A DNA stretch of 64,000 bases from an uncultured delta proteobacterium. Its GTDB lineage: Bacteria > Desulfobacterota > Desulfobacteria > Desulfobacterales > SG8-13. The stretch's first letter is position 1, and each line of letters opens with the position of its first letter. The stretch lies in contig CAWKCK010000017.1 in assembly GCA_963848135.1 (NCBI GenBank), positions 186,001 through 250,000 on the forward strand, written 5' to 3'. The notes beneath the pieces were generated by a model. It saw only the letters and a program-made list of their open reading frames with translations. It did no database searches and was not told the origin of the DNA. Made by a program: the position numbers and the translations under genes. Below, piece by piece: positions 50,671 through 61,720 of this stretch.

Positions 50671-52185
50671 CTATCCGAGTGCTTTATCAACGGGCTTCAT
50701 GTGCGGGAAAAGAATCACTTCTCGAATAGATGGTGAATCGGTCAGAAGCATGACAAGACGGTCTATGCCGATACCCTCACCTGCGGTTGGCGGCATTCCG
50801 TATTCCAAGGCCTCGATGTAGTCCTCATCCATTAAGTGGGCCTCCTCATCGCCAGCTTCCCGTCGTGAAACCTGCTGCAAAAACCGCTCCTTCTGATCCG
50901 CCGGATCGTTCAACTCAGAAAAACCATTGGCAATTTCCCGACCGGCGATAAATAGCTCGAACCGATCAGTTAACGATGGTTCCTGCTCGTTCCTTCTGGA
51001 CAACGGGGAGACCTCAACCGGATATCCGACCACAAACGTCGGCTGGATGAGTTTGGGTTCGACCAGCACATCGAATAATTTGGTCAGCACCTTGCCGATG
51101 CGATTGGCTTTGGTTATCTGGATATTGTGATGCTCTGCAAAAGCGAGCAACCCGGGCAGATCATCCAGCAGACCGGTATCGACGCCTCCAATCGTCACCA
51201 GGGCATCCCGCAATGCCACGCGGTGCCACCGTCCGCCAAGTTCAATCGTGTGGCCTTGATAGGGTATGGATGTTGATCCGCAAACCGTCCCCGCCACATT
51301 GGCAAACAGCTGTTCGGTCAAGTCCATCAAATCTTCATAGGTGGCATAGGCCAGATAAAACTCTAACATCGTGAATTCTGGATTATGCTGGGTGGAAACA
51401 CCTTCATTCCTGAAATTACGGTTAATCTCGAAAACTCTTTCAAACCCGCCGACCACAAGGCGCTTAAGATAAAGTTCCGGCGCGATCCGCAGGAAAAGGT
51501 TCATACCCAGCGCATTGTGATATGTTTTAAAGGGTGCCGCTTCAGCGCCGCCGGGTATCGGTTGCATCATCGGAGTTTCGACTTCAAGAAAGTCCTGCTT
51601 GAGGAAGAATTCACGCACGGCCTGAATTATTTGGGACCGTCGGACGAATATATCCCGAACATCGGAATTCATGATCAGATCGATGTAACGCTGTCGATAG
51701 CGCTTTTCAGGATCTTTGAGGCCGTGAAACTTCTCTGGTAATGGACGAATCGACTTGCTGATGAGCTGAAACGTATTAATCGATAACGTCCACTCTCCTG
51801 TTCTGGTTTTGAACATCGACCCTGTCATCCCGATGAAATCACCGATATCGAGCTGTTTGAACAGTTCGAAGGTTTTGTCGCCAATGGTATCTTTTCGCAA
51901 ATAGGCCTGCATCTGGCCGGTCCGGTCTTTGAAACGGATGAAGGCGGTTTTCCCGAACCGGTTAACGGCCATAATTCGACCTGCCGTTACAAATATCGGC
52001 CCAGCATCTCCGTTATCGCCGCCTTCAGTCAATGCCACATCCGGGGCCTGAACACTTTCCATAATTTGCGCCACCGAGTGGAGCACCTTAAAATCATTCG
52101 GATATGGAACGACCTGTTGTTCGAGCAGTTCCTGAACTTTAAAACGTCGCTTCTCGAGTATATCGCTCGTCTTTTCAGTACTCAT
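50671..52185 (-). CDS. lysS: Lysyl-tRNA synthetase, class II
   Basis: RYRQRY, EVETPMM, LRIAPELYLKRL, FRNEG, HNPEFT, GMPPTAGEGIGIDRL. Confidence 0.98.
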   Translation of the reverse strand: MSTEKTSDILEKRRFKVQELLEQQVVPYPNDFKVLHSVAQIMESVQAPDVALTEGGDNGDAGPIFVTAGRIMAVNRFGKTAFIRFKDRTGQMQAYLRKDTIGDKTFELFKQLDIGDFIGMTGSMFKTRTGEWTLSINTFQLISKSIRPLPEKFHGLKDPEKRYRQRYIDLIMNSDVRDIFVRRSQIIQAVREFFLKQDFLEVETPMMQPIPGGAEAAPFKTYHNALGMNLFLRIAPELYLKRLVVGGFERVFEINRNFRNEGVSTQHNPEFTMLEFYLAYATYEDLMDLTEQLFANVAGTVCGSTSIPYQGHTIELGGRWHRVALRDALVTIGGVDTGLLDDLPGLLAFAEHHNIQITKANRIGKVLTKLFDVLVEPKLIQPTFVVGYPVEVSPLSRRNEQEPSLTDRFELFIAGREIANGFSELNDPADQKERFLQQVSRREAGDEEAHLMDEDYIEALEYGMPPTAGEGIGIDRLVMLLTDSPSIREVILFPHMKPVDKALG

Positions 52186-52402
52186 TCGTTAACCGTAGCT
52201 GATAAATCGTCTGATTTCGATGGCATCGATTCGCCCCATGATCTAACCACTTAGCCATACATCTAATTGCTCCCCGCAGCGCAGTCATTTTGCCTGGTCC
52301 GACGCGCCACAATAGAGGCCCACAATTTAGACCCTTTGGATCAATGAAGTTAATTGGAGGGCAAATGGGAACTGCTATCTTATTATTAAGGGAGTGTCAA
52401 GG

Positions 52403-53713
52403 TTAAGTTGGCGGATCAATCCGTTTCAACCAGAGGGAAAAAGTCGTTCCAACTCCTTGTTTGCTGCGAACATCGAGGCGGCTTTCATAGGCTTCGACGA
52501 TGCTGTGCACAATTGAGAGGCCCAGCCCTGTTCCATTCTGCTTGGTTGTGTAAAACGGATCGAATATGGATTGGATCGTGTCTTGGGACATACCACAGCC
52601 GTTATCGGTGATCTCGAAGCAGGCCTGGCGGCCTTTGGAAGGATAGAGCTTTATGTCAATGGTGCCGCTGCCGTCAATGGCCTCGGCAGCGTTGATTAAC
52701 AGATTCCACATCACCTGCCGTAGCTGAACCAGGTCCATTTCTACGAAAAGACCCTGAGCCAATTCTTTGCGCACGAGAATTCTCCCGCGGCAACTGCCAT
52801 CCTTTTCAAACAACTCTACCGTCTCGTTGATTGTCTTATCCAGCGAGATCAATTCAAGCTTACCAGCGGGTGGGCGTGCAAACAGCAGGAAGTTGTTGAC
52901 GAGTGCACTCAGGCGATCGGCTTCGCGCAAAACTATCTGCATCAGGCGGCTGTGATCAGGGTCAAGGTCAACATCATCGCGCAGAATTTGGATCGAACCC
53001 GTCATGGATGCCAGGGGATTCTTGATTTCATGGGCCAATCCGGCAGCCATTTCACCGACAGCCGCCATTTTCTCAACTCTTCTGACCTGGTCCTCCATGG
53101 CCCAAAGCTCCTTCCTGGATCTCCTGGCTTGTTCAGCCAGCAGACTGCTCAAAAAGGCCACGGCAAAGCACCCGAGAATGGTGATCAGGATCTTGTAAAT
53201 TACCTGGTTTATGTCAGCGCCGGTGGCGCCGATACTCTCTTCGAACACGAAAGGCTTTAGAATACCATTGTACTCCGCCAAAACCATTAGAGCGTACTGG
53301 GTGCTGCACAAAAAGGAAATAATCATGCTGCCTTTTCGATAAAGGAGCAGGCTAGAGTAAATTATGACGACAAGATAGAGGAATGAAAAGATACTTGAAA
53401 AATTTCCGGTGACATAGATGAAGAGTGAGACGATAATGGTGTCCAGGCCAATCTGGACATATGCAAAGCGGATTATTTTTTTGACGCGATTGAGCGCCAG
53501 GGTGTAAAGGAACGACAAGAAGAATATGATGGCGATTAACGCGTAGAGGACGAGCAGGCCCGGCGCCAGTGGCGATGAAGAAACGCCCAGTTGCAATACG
53601 ACCGTCGAGCCGAGCAGAAGGGTTGTGAAAAGGACCCGGGCAAACATCAACCACTTCAACCGGAGTCGGATATCACCGTCACTTCTGGAGGCCTTAGAAC
53701 CAGCGTTTCGCAT
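52403..53713 (-). CDS. PilS-like membrane sensor histidine kinase
   Basis: About 6 TM segments, AHEIKNPL, NLLINA, DNGCG, FYTTK..GTGLGL; downstream of pilC. Confidence 0.8.
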   Translation of the reverse strand: MRNAGSKASRSDGDIRLRLKWLMFARVLFTTLLLGSTVVLQLGVSSSPLAPGLLVLYALIAIIFFLSFLYTLALNRVKKIIRFAYVQIGLDTIIVSLFIYVTGNFSSIFSFLYLVVIIYSSLLLYRKGSMIISFLCSTQYALMVLAEYNGILKPFVFEESIGATGADINQVIYKILITILGCFAVAFLSSLLAEQARRSRKELWAMEDQVRRVEKMAAVGEMAAGLAHEIKNPLASMTGSIQILRDDVDLDPDHSRLMQIVLREADRLSALVNNFLLFARPPAGKLELISLDKTINETVELFEKDGSCRGRILVRKELAQGLFVEMDLVQLRQVMWNLLINAAEAIDGSGTIDIKLYPSKGRQACFEITDNGCGMSQDTIQSIFDPFYTTKQNGTGLGLSIVHSIVEAYESRLDVRSKQGVGTTFSLWLKRIDPPT

Positions 53714-53873
53714 GGCAGGGATTACAATGCTTTAATTCTGAAAAGAGGGTTTTCTCGCCGACGACAGGTAGTGCCGGTCCGGTTGGGGGGTCGCCCCGTC
53801 GACGGTTGCTGTTTATTTCACAGTGGTTTATTTCTGTGATGACATCAGGACGGGTTGACCCTCGATTTGTCCG

Positions 53874-55085
53874 TCAACCGCCGATGGTACCCGCCATCTT
53901 GAATATCGGCAGATACATCGCAATAACCAGGCCGCCGATCGTCACGCCCAGAAAAACCAACATGAAAGGTTCAATCAAGGCGGTCAGGTTTTCAACGGCC
54001 TGGTCGACTTCATCGTCGTAGAATATTGCGATTTTCTCCAGCATGGAGTCGAGCGCCCCGGTGGATTCACCGACCGCAATCATCTGGCAAACCATGGCGG
54101 GGAATACCCCGCTTTCCTGAAGGGGATCGGCCATGGTCCGACCTTCGGCTATATCGGCCCGTACAGCGTAAACCGCCTTTTCAATGGTTTTGTTACCGGC
54201 GGTTTTAGCGACAATATCGAGTGCTTCCAATATCGCCACACCGCTGGAAAGCATGGTCCCCATGGTGCGGGTGAATTTCGCCACGGCAACCTTACGGATG
54301 ATCACGCCGAAAATCGGCATTTTCAGTAGCAGATCGTCTATCATCTCGCGTCCCTTTTCGGTCTTGTATGTTTTTCGGAAGGCAAACACGAAAAGGATAA
54401 GTCCGATAACGATCCAGATGATGTTTCTTTTGGTAAAATTGCTGACGTCGATAACCATTTGGGTAAACGCCGGGAGTTTGCTGCCGAAATCGGCAAACAT
54501 ATCCTGGAAAACCGGTATGACGAATACCAGAATGACCGCCAGCACGATGGCAGCAATGATAAGGGTGACAACCGGGTACGTCATTGCGCCTTTGACTTGC
54601 GCCTTTAATTTCGCGGCCTTTTCCATGTAAGTCGACAGACGTCGTAAAATGGTATCCAGGATACCGCCGGCCTCACCGGCGGCAACCATATTCACAAACA
54701 GGTCGTCAAACTGTTTGGGATATTTTTTCAATGATTCCGCAAGCGTCGCGCCCCCTTCAACTGTTTCCTTGATACTTTTCAATATTTTCTTGAAGGTTGC
54801 GTTTTCCTGCTGTGTGTAGAGAATATCCAGACACTGGATAATGGGCAAACCAGCATCAATCATGGTTGAGAACTGTCTGGCAAAAAGAATGATGTCGGTT
54901 TCCTTGACCTTCGGTTGGAGAAACGCAACATTGGCAAAGAGGTCCTTGGGCTTTGGCTTGATCTTCGTCGCTTCGATTTTTGTCCGCCTGAGGTTTGCCC
55001 TGACGACTTCTTCGGAGGACGCCTCCATTTCCCCCTTTTTCTTTTCACCCCGTGCATTCTTACCTTGCCATAGATAAACCGGCAT
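53874..55085 (-). CDS. pilC: Type IV pilus inner-membrane platform protein
   Basis: FARQFSTMIDAGLP, AGEAGG, AMTYP, GESTGALD.ML, MYLPIF. Confidence 0.93.
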   Translation of the reverse strand: MPVYLWQGKNARGEKKKGEMEASSEEVVRANLRRTKIEATKIKPKPKDLFANVAFLQPKVKETDIILFARQFSTMIDAGLPIIQCLDILYTQQENATFKKILKSIKETVEGGATLAESLKKYPKQFDDLFVNMVAAGEAGGILDTILRRLSTYMEKAAKLKAQVKGAMTYPVVTLIIAAIVLAVILVFVIPVFQDMFADFGSKLPAFTQMVIDVSNFTKRNIIWIVIGLILFVFAFRKTYKTEKGREMIDDLLLKMPIFGVIIRKVAVAKFTRTMGTMLSSGVAILEALDIVAKTAGNKTIEKAVYAVRADIAEGRTMADPLQESGVFPAMVCQMIAVGESTGALDSMLEKIAIFYDDEVDQAVENLTALIEPFMLVFLGVTIGGLVIAMYLPIFKMAGTIGG

Positions 55086-55638
55086 GTGCTGAATCCCCTT
55101 TCAAGAACTAAAAAAGCATTTGTGCGTATAGGCTGAATGGGCGATAGGCCATTTACGGCATCCTAAGATCGCCTACAGCATGACAATAACCTATGACCGC
55201 AATCAACCTGAACCTCATATTCTCCCGCTAACCGTAGCGGCACCGGGCATATGACCCACTGGTGACTTCCGGATGAACCGCGGATCGGCATAAAACTTAA
55301 GACTGCAAACGTATAAATTTTGATCTACATTGTATCATAATGTCAATCAGACCACAATAAGATTTGGATATCGCCCAAGCGGCGGAAGTCGGCCGGCGAC
55401 GAGGCCATATCGGATGAAAAATGACGAGACGGCGATTTGATAAAAATTAATGTTAGATCAAGACGACCTTCAAATCATTTTATCGTCCCGTGCCCGCAGC
55501 GGTGATTGCTCCTTGCTGCTTGATTCGCAGCGGGTTATGTGCAACTCTAGATATATTGAATCCGCATTCATCCGCAAAACGATACTGTCGGGTTATCGGA
55601 GCCATTACCCAGTGAAGACCATTGAGGAGAAAACAGCG

Positions 55639-58359
55639 GTGCCAACGCGCAATTCAACCAAGGATTCAGGGCTCACCGTTATCACGACCCATATCAACGC
55701 TGATTTCGATGCCGTTGCATCCATGCTCGCTGCACAAAAACTTTATCCTGAAGCCCTGGTTGTTTTTCCAGGATCGCAGGAAAAGAATTTGCGTGATTTT
55801 TTTGTTAAATCAATGGTTTATCTTTTCAATATGGTGGATATCAAAGACATCGATTTTGACCAAGTCAAGCGGCTGGTCCTGGTTGATACACGCCAGCCGC
55901 ACCGCATCGGAAAACTATCCGATCTGTTGCAACGCCCCGATGTTGAAATCCACACTTACGACCATCATCCAGACAAAAGCAACGATATCAAAGGCGATAA
56001 GGAAGTCGTCCGCTTGACCGGCGCCACGGTGACGATACTCTCCACCATCATCCAGGAAAAGGGAATCGACATCAATCCGGACGAAGCGACGATAATGTGC
56101 CTGGGCCTCTATGAGGATACCGGATCATTCACCTTTCTCTCCACCACTGAGGAAGATTTCAGAGCGGCGGCGTTCCTGCTCTCGCACGGTGCCAACCTGA
56201 ATATCGTGTCGAACATGATGTCCCGGGAAATCAGTCACGATCAGGTCAGCCTTCTCAACGAAATGATTCAATCCTCTACCCGGTATACGATTTCCGGTAT
56301 CGATGTCATTGTCACCGTGGTAACGACTGAAAAATTCGTTCCGGATTTTGCCTTTCTGGTTCACAAAATGGTCAAGATGGAAAACCTGGAAGCCATCTTT
56401 GCCATCGCTCTTATGGAGAACAAGATTTACGTCGTTGCACGCAGCAGGGTATCGGAAGTCGACGCCGGCGCTATACTTGAACACCTCGGCGGTGGGGGCC
56501 ATGCCTTTGCCGCTGCAGCCACAGTTAAGGGCAGAACGCTACCCCAAGTAGAGCATGTACTGGTGGACCTGCTTTACACCAATATTCAATCCCGCCGGCG
56601 GGCGCGCGATCTGATGTCTTCACCGGCCATTGCCATCGCCGCCGATGTCCCCTGCCGAGAGGCCGGCGAGATTATGACACGCTACAACGTCAACGCACTG
56701 CTGGTGACCGAGATCGCCAACGGTGTCGGAAAAACCGAACTGCCGGCCGGCTTCATTACCCGGCAAGTGGTTGAAAAAGCACTTTTTCATAAACTGAACC
56801 ATGTGGCTGTACGAGAATACATGAGTTCTGACCTTGCAACGGTGGGCCCGGAAGCGGAACTCACAGAAATCCAGGAAAAAATCATTGAAAACAAGCAGCG
56901 AATTCTGCCGGTGATTGAAAACGGTAACATCCTGGGTGTCATTACACGTACCGATCTGCTCAACATCCTGGTACGCAAGCACGTTCCTGGAAACGGGGAT
57001 CCACAGGACATCGCCTCTCACAGAGTTAATGCTCGAACCCGTAACATACTAAAATTCATGCAAGAACGTCTCGCGAAAAGAATTTTAAAGATGCTCCGTG
57101 AAATCGGCCGTGTGGCCGATGAAATTGGTGCGTCGGCCTATGTCGTGGGTGGATTTGTGCGCGATCTGTTTTTGTACCGCTCGAACGAGGATATCGATAT
57201 CGTCGTAGAAGGCGATGGAATCGCCTTCGGACGCAAGTATGCCAAGGCGATCGGCGCGCGCATTCATGAGTATGCCAAGTTCGGTACCGCGGTCATCACC
57301 TTCCCGGATGGTTTCAAAATTGATGTGGCCTCCGCCCGTATGGAATATTATAAATTTCCGGCAGCACTGCCGATTGTCGAAATGAGTTCAATCAAGCTCG
57401 ATTTATTCCGCCGGGATTTCACGATCAACACCTTGGCCATCCAGCTAAATGAAAACAACTTTGGAACCCTTATCGATTTCTTTACTGCTCAGAAAGATAT
57501 CAAGGAAAAGACGATCCGGGTTCTGCACAACTTAAGTTTTGTAGAGGATCCCACTCGCGTATTCCGGGCCATCCGTTTTGAACAGCGTTTTAGTTTCACG
57601 ATCGGCAAACTGACGTCCGGCTTGATCGACAACGCTGTTAAAATGGATTTCTTCAAACGCCTGAGTGGCAGAAGGGTTTTCGCTGAACTGCGCCAGATTC
57701 TTGAAGAGGAAAACCCCACGCCGACGCTGATTCGCCTGCATGAATACGACGTATTGAAAGTGATCCACCCATCGATAAATCTGCCCAAAGAGATGATCGC
57801 CCTCTTTAACTCGGTGAAGAAGGTTCTTGCCTGGTATGATTTGCTTTTTCTTGAAGAATCTTATATGAAGTGGGCCGTTTATTTTCTGGCGCTCATTCGC
57901 CCCTGTGACGAAGAGGTGACCGGCGAAATCTGCCGGAGATTCGAAATGGCTCCCCGGCTGCGCAAAATATTTCTCAAGGAACGCTTTGCTGCCGAAAAAT
58001 GCCTGGCTTGGATAGAACGAAATCAGCCGGTCAGAAACAGCGAACTTTACAGTAAACTGTCCGGGTTAAAGACCGAACTGGTCCTCCACATGATGGCATC
58101 GACCGGCCGTGAAGATGTCAAACGCTCTATATCACAGTTTATAACCCATCTGCGATACGTTTGTGTAGATCTGGGGGGCGCAGATCTTAAAAACTTGGGA
58201 ATCAAACCAGGCCCGATTTACCGTGACATCCTGCAGGCTGTTTTAGATGCCAAGCTGGACGAAAAGCTGTCATCAAGAAACGAAGAAATTCAGTTTGCGC
58301 GGCGGTTCCTGAAATTGCATCCCGGTCGTCAGCGAGCGGCCCCTGAAGGGCAACACTGA
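55639..58359 (+). CDS. tRNA nucleotidyltransferase with N-terminal DHH/DHHA1 and CBS domains (A-adding-type architecture)
   Basis: THINADFD, DHH, GGGGHAFAA, CBS pair, then GGFVRD..DIDIV, RRDFTIN, EDPTR..RAIRF. GTG start after GAGGAG. Confidence 0.85.
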   Translation: MPTRNSTKDSGLTVITTHINADFDAVASMLAAQKLYPEALVVFPGSQEKNLRDFFVKSMVYLFNMVDIKDIDFDQVKRLVLVDTRQPHRIGKLSDLLQRPDVEIHTYDHHPDKSNDIKGDKEVVRLTGATVTILSTIIQEKGIDINPDEATIMCLGLYEDTGSFTFLSTTEEDFRAAAFLLSHGANLNIVSNMMSREISHDQVSLLNEMIQSSTRYTISGIDVIVTVVTTEKFVPDFAFLVHKMVKMENLEAIFAIALMENKIYVVARSRVSEVDAGAILEHLGGGGHAFAAAATVKGRTLPQVEHVLVDLLYTNIQSRRRARDLMSSPAIAIAADVPCREAGEIMTRYNVNALLVTEIANGVGKTELPAGFITRQVVEKALFHKLNHVAVREYMSSDLATVGPEAELTEIQEKIIENKQRILPVIENGNILGVITRTDLLNILVRKHVPGNGDPQDIASHRVNARTRNILKFMQERLAKRILKMLREIGRVADEIGASAYVVGGFVRDLFLYRSNEDIDIVVEGDGIAFGRKYAKAIGARIHEYAKFGTAVITFPDGFKIDVASARMEYYKFPAALPIVEMSSIKLDLFRRDFTINTLAIQLNENNFGTLIDFFTAQKDIKEKTIRVLHNLSFVEDPTRVFRAIRFEQRFSFTIGKLTSGLIDNAVKMDFFKRLSGRRVFAELRQILEEENPTPTLIRLHEYDVLKVIHPSINLPKEMIALFNSVKKVLAWYDLLFLEESYMKWAVYFLALIRPCDEEVTGEICRRFEMAPRLRKIFLKERFAAEKCLAWIERNQPVRNSELYSKLSGLKTELVLHMMASTGREDVKRSISQFITHLRYVCVDLGGADLKNLGIKPGPIYRDILQAVLDAKLDEKLSSRNEEIQFARRFLKLHPGRQRAAPEGQH

Positions 58360-58606
58360 CACGGCCGGACGCATTCTAACCGCTTTATCCCTCCTTATAA
58401 GCACGGAACCGACCATAATTCCGTCGAGAGAATCTGGTAGTGACCATCCACGCATGGTTGATGGCACTATCGAGCGTCTTATGAGCAAATAAAATTTATT
58501 CGGCTAAGCGAAGACACAGCCTGAAACCGGAGAGGAACTCGCCCGGTGCACAAAAAGGTCATTTATGGAAGGGCGCTTGGCAGAATATCCTTTAGGGGTG
58601 ACTTAC

Positions 58607-59593
58607 ATGACAGAAAAAAAGCGGATCCTCAGCGGCATGCGACCGACAGGCCCCCTGCATCTCGGCAACCTGTTGGGGGCTCTATCAAACTGGGTGACGA
58701 TGCAGGACAGCTACGACTGTTTCTTCTTCATTGCCGACTGGCACGCCCTTACCAGCGATTACGAAAAAACGGACCGTATCACCGATTACAGCCGGGAGAT
58801 GATGATCGACTGGCTCAGTGCCGGACTGACACCGGAGAAAAGCACGCTGTTCGTCCAGTCCCAGGTAAAAGAACACGCCGAACTCTACCTGCTTCTTTCC
58901 ATGATTACTCCGGTCCCCTGGCTTGAACGCAATCCAACGTATAAAGACCAGATCATTCAGCTGAGCAACAAAGATCTTTCGACTTTTGGATTCCTCGGAT
59001 ATCCGGTTCTTCAGGCCGCGGATATTATCATGTACAAACCAACCGGTGTACCGGTCGGCGTCGACCAGGTTCCCCATGTTGAAATTACCCGTGAAATCGC
59101 CAGGCGATTCAACTTCCTTTACCGGGACGTCTTTCCCGAGCCGGAGGCCATTCTGACCGAAACCCCTAAAATCCTTGGCACGGATAGACGGAAAATGAGC
59201 AAAAGCTACAACAACGCGATTTATCTGTCAGACAATCCGGAAGAGATCGCGTCAAAAGTGTCCCAGATGATCACGGACCCACAGCGGGCACGGCGCAGCG
59301 ACCCCGGGGATCCCGATGTGTGCAATGTTTTTACCTTCCACAAACTCTATACCGATGCGCCGACGGTAATGGAAATTGAATCTCAATGCCGCTCGGCACA
59401 GATCGGTTGCGTGGAGTGCAAGAAGATCATGGCCAAGAACCTTATCCACGCTTTTGAACCCATTCGTGAAAAGCGGCAATACTATGAAAACCGGCAGGAT
59501 CTGGTTGACGATATTATTGAGGAAGGCAATGATCGCGCCCGCCGAATTGCGGAAAAGACCATGGCGGATGTCCGCTCCGCCATGAAAATTTAA
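58607..59593 (+). CDS. trpS: Tryptophanyl-tRNA synthetase
   Basis: SGMRPTG.LHLGN, ADWHALT, YPVLQAADI, VPVG.DQ..H, KMSKS. Confidence 0.97.
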   Translation: MTEKKRILSGMRPTGPLHLGNLLGALSNWVTMQDSYDCFFFIADWHALTSDYEKTDRITDYSREMMIDWLSAGLTPEKSTLFVQSQVKEHAELYLLLSMITPVPWLERNPTYKDQIIQLSNKDLSTFGFLGYPVLQAADIIMYKPTGVPVGVDQVPHVEITREIARRFNFLYRDVFPEPEAILTETPKILGTDRRKMSKSYNNAIYLSDNPEEIASKVSQMITDPQRARRSDPGDPDVCNVFTFHKLYTDAPTVMEIESQCRSAQIGCVECKKIMAKNLIHAFEPIREKRQYYENRQDLVDDIIEEGNDRARRIAEKTMADVRSAMKI

Positions 59594-59660
59594 ACCGGTA
59601 ATAAAGGCACCGCGCACCCCTGTGGGCGGTGCAAACCATCGGATTTTCTACCATCGCTCC

Positions 59661-60380
59661 ATGGAAGTAGATTCTCATAATTACCAGGTCAAATTGACCG
59701 ACATCTTCGAAGGCCCGATGGACCTGCTGGTTCACCTGATCAAGAAGAATGAAGTCGACATTCACGATATACCCATTGCCCTTATCACCAAACAGTATCT
59801 GGAATATCTCGAATGGTTAAAGGCGATGAATATCGACTTTGCCGGCGATTTCCTTGTCATGGCCGCTACACTGGCCCACATCAAGTCGCGGATGCTGCTG
59901 CCGCCAACCGACGACGACGATGGGGATGAAGACCCTCGATTGGAGATCGCGCGACCGCTGGCCGAGTACCTGCAGTTGAAAAATGCGGCCGAAGAACTGG
60001 CCCATAGAGAACTTCTCGGGGAAAGCACATTTGTCCGCCCAAGTGCCGATACCAGTGATCTTGTGAGGCCAGATGAAGAATTCATCAAAATAGGCCTGTT
60101 CGAGCTCATCGATGCTTTTCAGCAAGTATTGAAAAACATATCGCCGGAAGCCCGCCTCGACTTGACGACCGACACCATTTCCGTCAAGGACCGCATTGCA
60201 GAACTTGTCGATCTGTTTGAAACCAACAATAGCTTGACTTTCGAGGAGCTTTTTGCAAACCGCCCCACCAAGAGTGACGTTATCGTCACCTTTCTTGCGG
60301 TGCTGGAAATGGTGAAGCTTTGCCTGGTGCGCTTGGCGCAACATACCCAAACCGGACTCATTCGATTGTTTTACGAATAA
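59661..60380 (+). CDS. scpA: Segregation and condensation protein A
   Basis: FEGPMDLL..LI, FLVMAATL..IKSRMLLP, TFLAVLE. Confidence 0.93.
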   Translation: MEVDSHNYQVKLTDIFEGPMDLLVHLIKKNEVDIHDIPIALITKQYLEYLEWLKAMNIDFAGDFLVMAATLAHIKSRMLLPPTDDDDGDEDPRLEIARPLAEYLQLKNAAEELAHRELLGESTFVRPSADTSDLVRPDEEFIKIGLFELIDAFQQVLKNISPEARLDLTTDTISVKDRIAELVDLFETNNSLTFEELFANRPTKSDVIVTFLAVLEMVKLCLVRLAQHTQTGLIRLFYE

Positions 60381-61120
60381 TGGAAAATATCAAAGGTATT
60401 CTGGAAAGCCTGCTGTTTATCAGCGAAGAACCGTTGACGCTCGAGCGGTTGAAAATCATCCTTGCGCCAATCGCCGCTGGAGACATTCGAGGGGCCCTGA
60501 ACGACCTCATAGAGGAGTATGACACCCGTCGCGGCGGTTTTGTATTGAAGGAGGTCGCCGGCGGTTACCAGTTTCGCACCCGACCGGAGCATACCGAATG
60601 GATAACAAAGCTAATTCAACCAAGACCGCCACGCCTCAGTAAAGCCGCCCTTGAAACGCTGGCGATCATCGCGTACAAACAACCGCTTATCCGCAGTGAT
60701 ATCGAGCATATTCGGGGAGTGGACTGCGGCGGTGTCATCAGGGCCTTGCTGGAACGTAAGCTGGTACGCGTTCTGGGGCGTAAGGAAATCCCGGGGCGCC
60801 CGCTGATTTATGCCACAACCAAGCGGTTCCTGGAAGTTTTCGACCTGAAAGACCTCAAAGACCTGCCGACCCCGAAAGAAATCGATGAAATGGGGCAGGC
60901 ACTGGTAGATCGCTCCGACGTCGTCATTGAAGACGACGACGAAGCGGAGGAATTTCACACCGAAGACGCCGAGGACGGAAACATCGACCTGCCGCATCCA
61001 GACCCAAATGACAGTTCTGAACCGCCAGGTGGCAACCCTGAAACAACGCCCAACCTCCAGTCTATCGAAAACATTGACAGCAACGGCAACGAGAAAGACC
61101 AAAACCCGCAAGTTTCATAA
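60380..61120 (+). CDS. scpB: Segregation and condensation protein B with acidic tail
   Basis: LESLLF, VAGGYQFRT, LSKAALETLAIIAYKQP, IRGV, GRPLIYATT..FL. Confidence 0.95.
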   Translation: MENIKGILESLLFISEEPLTLERLKIILAPIAAGDIRGALNDLIEEYDTRRGGFVLKEVAGGYQFRTRPEHTEWITKLIQPRPPRLSKAALETLAIIAYKQPLIRSDIEHIRGVDCGGVIRALLERKLVRVLGRKEIPGRPLIYATTKRFLEVFDLKDLKDLPTPKEIDEMGQALVDRSDVVIEDDDEAEEFHTEDAEDGNIDLPHPDPNDSSEPPGGNPETTPNLQSIENIDSNGNEKDQNPQVS

Positions 61121-61351
61121 AAGTTTTCAGCGACCGGCCAACAGAAGCGTTGCCGGACAGCATTGAAATGCTTGATGTATTTTCTATTGCATAAATTCAG
61201 ACATTTACAACTACAAATCTCTATCCGCTCAAATTTGTTGAAAAATTTCTTGACTTCGATGTGTATAACCCACTATGTATACCTCGTTTTTTCCATAAAT
61301 ACGGCGCCGACGTCACAATGCTCAAATTACCGAAACCCTTGAGGAGAGTCC

Positions 61352-61627
61352 ATGAATAAATCGGATATGATCAGTGTGCTGAAGGAAGAGGCTGACTTAA
61401 GTCGCAGAGATGCTGAAACAGTCACAGACATATTCTTCGAAGCGATAGAAGAGACACTTTCAAAGGGAGAAAGGGTCGAGATCCGCGGGTTTGGCAGCTT
61501 TACGGTCAACGAATACAGGCCGTACGTCGGCCGCAACCCCAAAACCGGTACCCGCATCCAGGTTCCGGCCAAGAAACTTCCGTTTTTCAAAGTCGGCAAA
61601 GAGTTGAAGGAAAGAGTCGACAGTTAA
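61352..61627 (+). CDS. Integration host factor beta / HU family protein
   Basis: [39 protein letters not shown]. Confidence 0.93.
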   Translation: MNKSDMISVLKEEADLSRRDAETVTDIFFEAIEETLSKGERVEIRGFGSFTVNEYRPYVGRNPKTGTRIQVPAKKLPFFKVGKELKERVDS

Positions 61628-61635
61628 GCAATTCC

Positions 61636-61710
61636 GGGCGGTTAACTCAGCGGGAGAGTGCTACCTTCACACGGTAGAAGTCACTGGTTCAAATCCAGTA
61701 CCGCCTACCA
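61636..61710 (+). tRNA. tRNA-Val(CAC)
   Basis: Cloverleaf: acceptor GGGCGGT/ACCGCCT, D arm ACTC/GAGT, anticodon arm CTACC-TTCACAC-GGTAG, T arm ACTGG-TTCAAAT-CCAGT, encoded CCA. Confidence 0.96.
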
Positions 61711-61720
61711 GTAAATATAG

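Noticed and set aside
55450..55638. ORF-track N-terminal extensions (also for pyrK, lolD, skp, remA, trpS, scpB and the GnnA-like gene)
   Set aside because: Downstream starts match the family N-termini, and most have an RBS or abut the previous gene.
58360..58606. T-box leader before trpS
   Set aside because: No GGTGGNACC T-box or terminator/antiterminator seen, only one imperfect hairpin.
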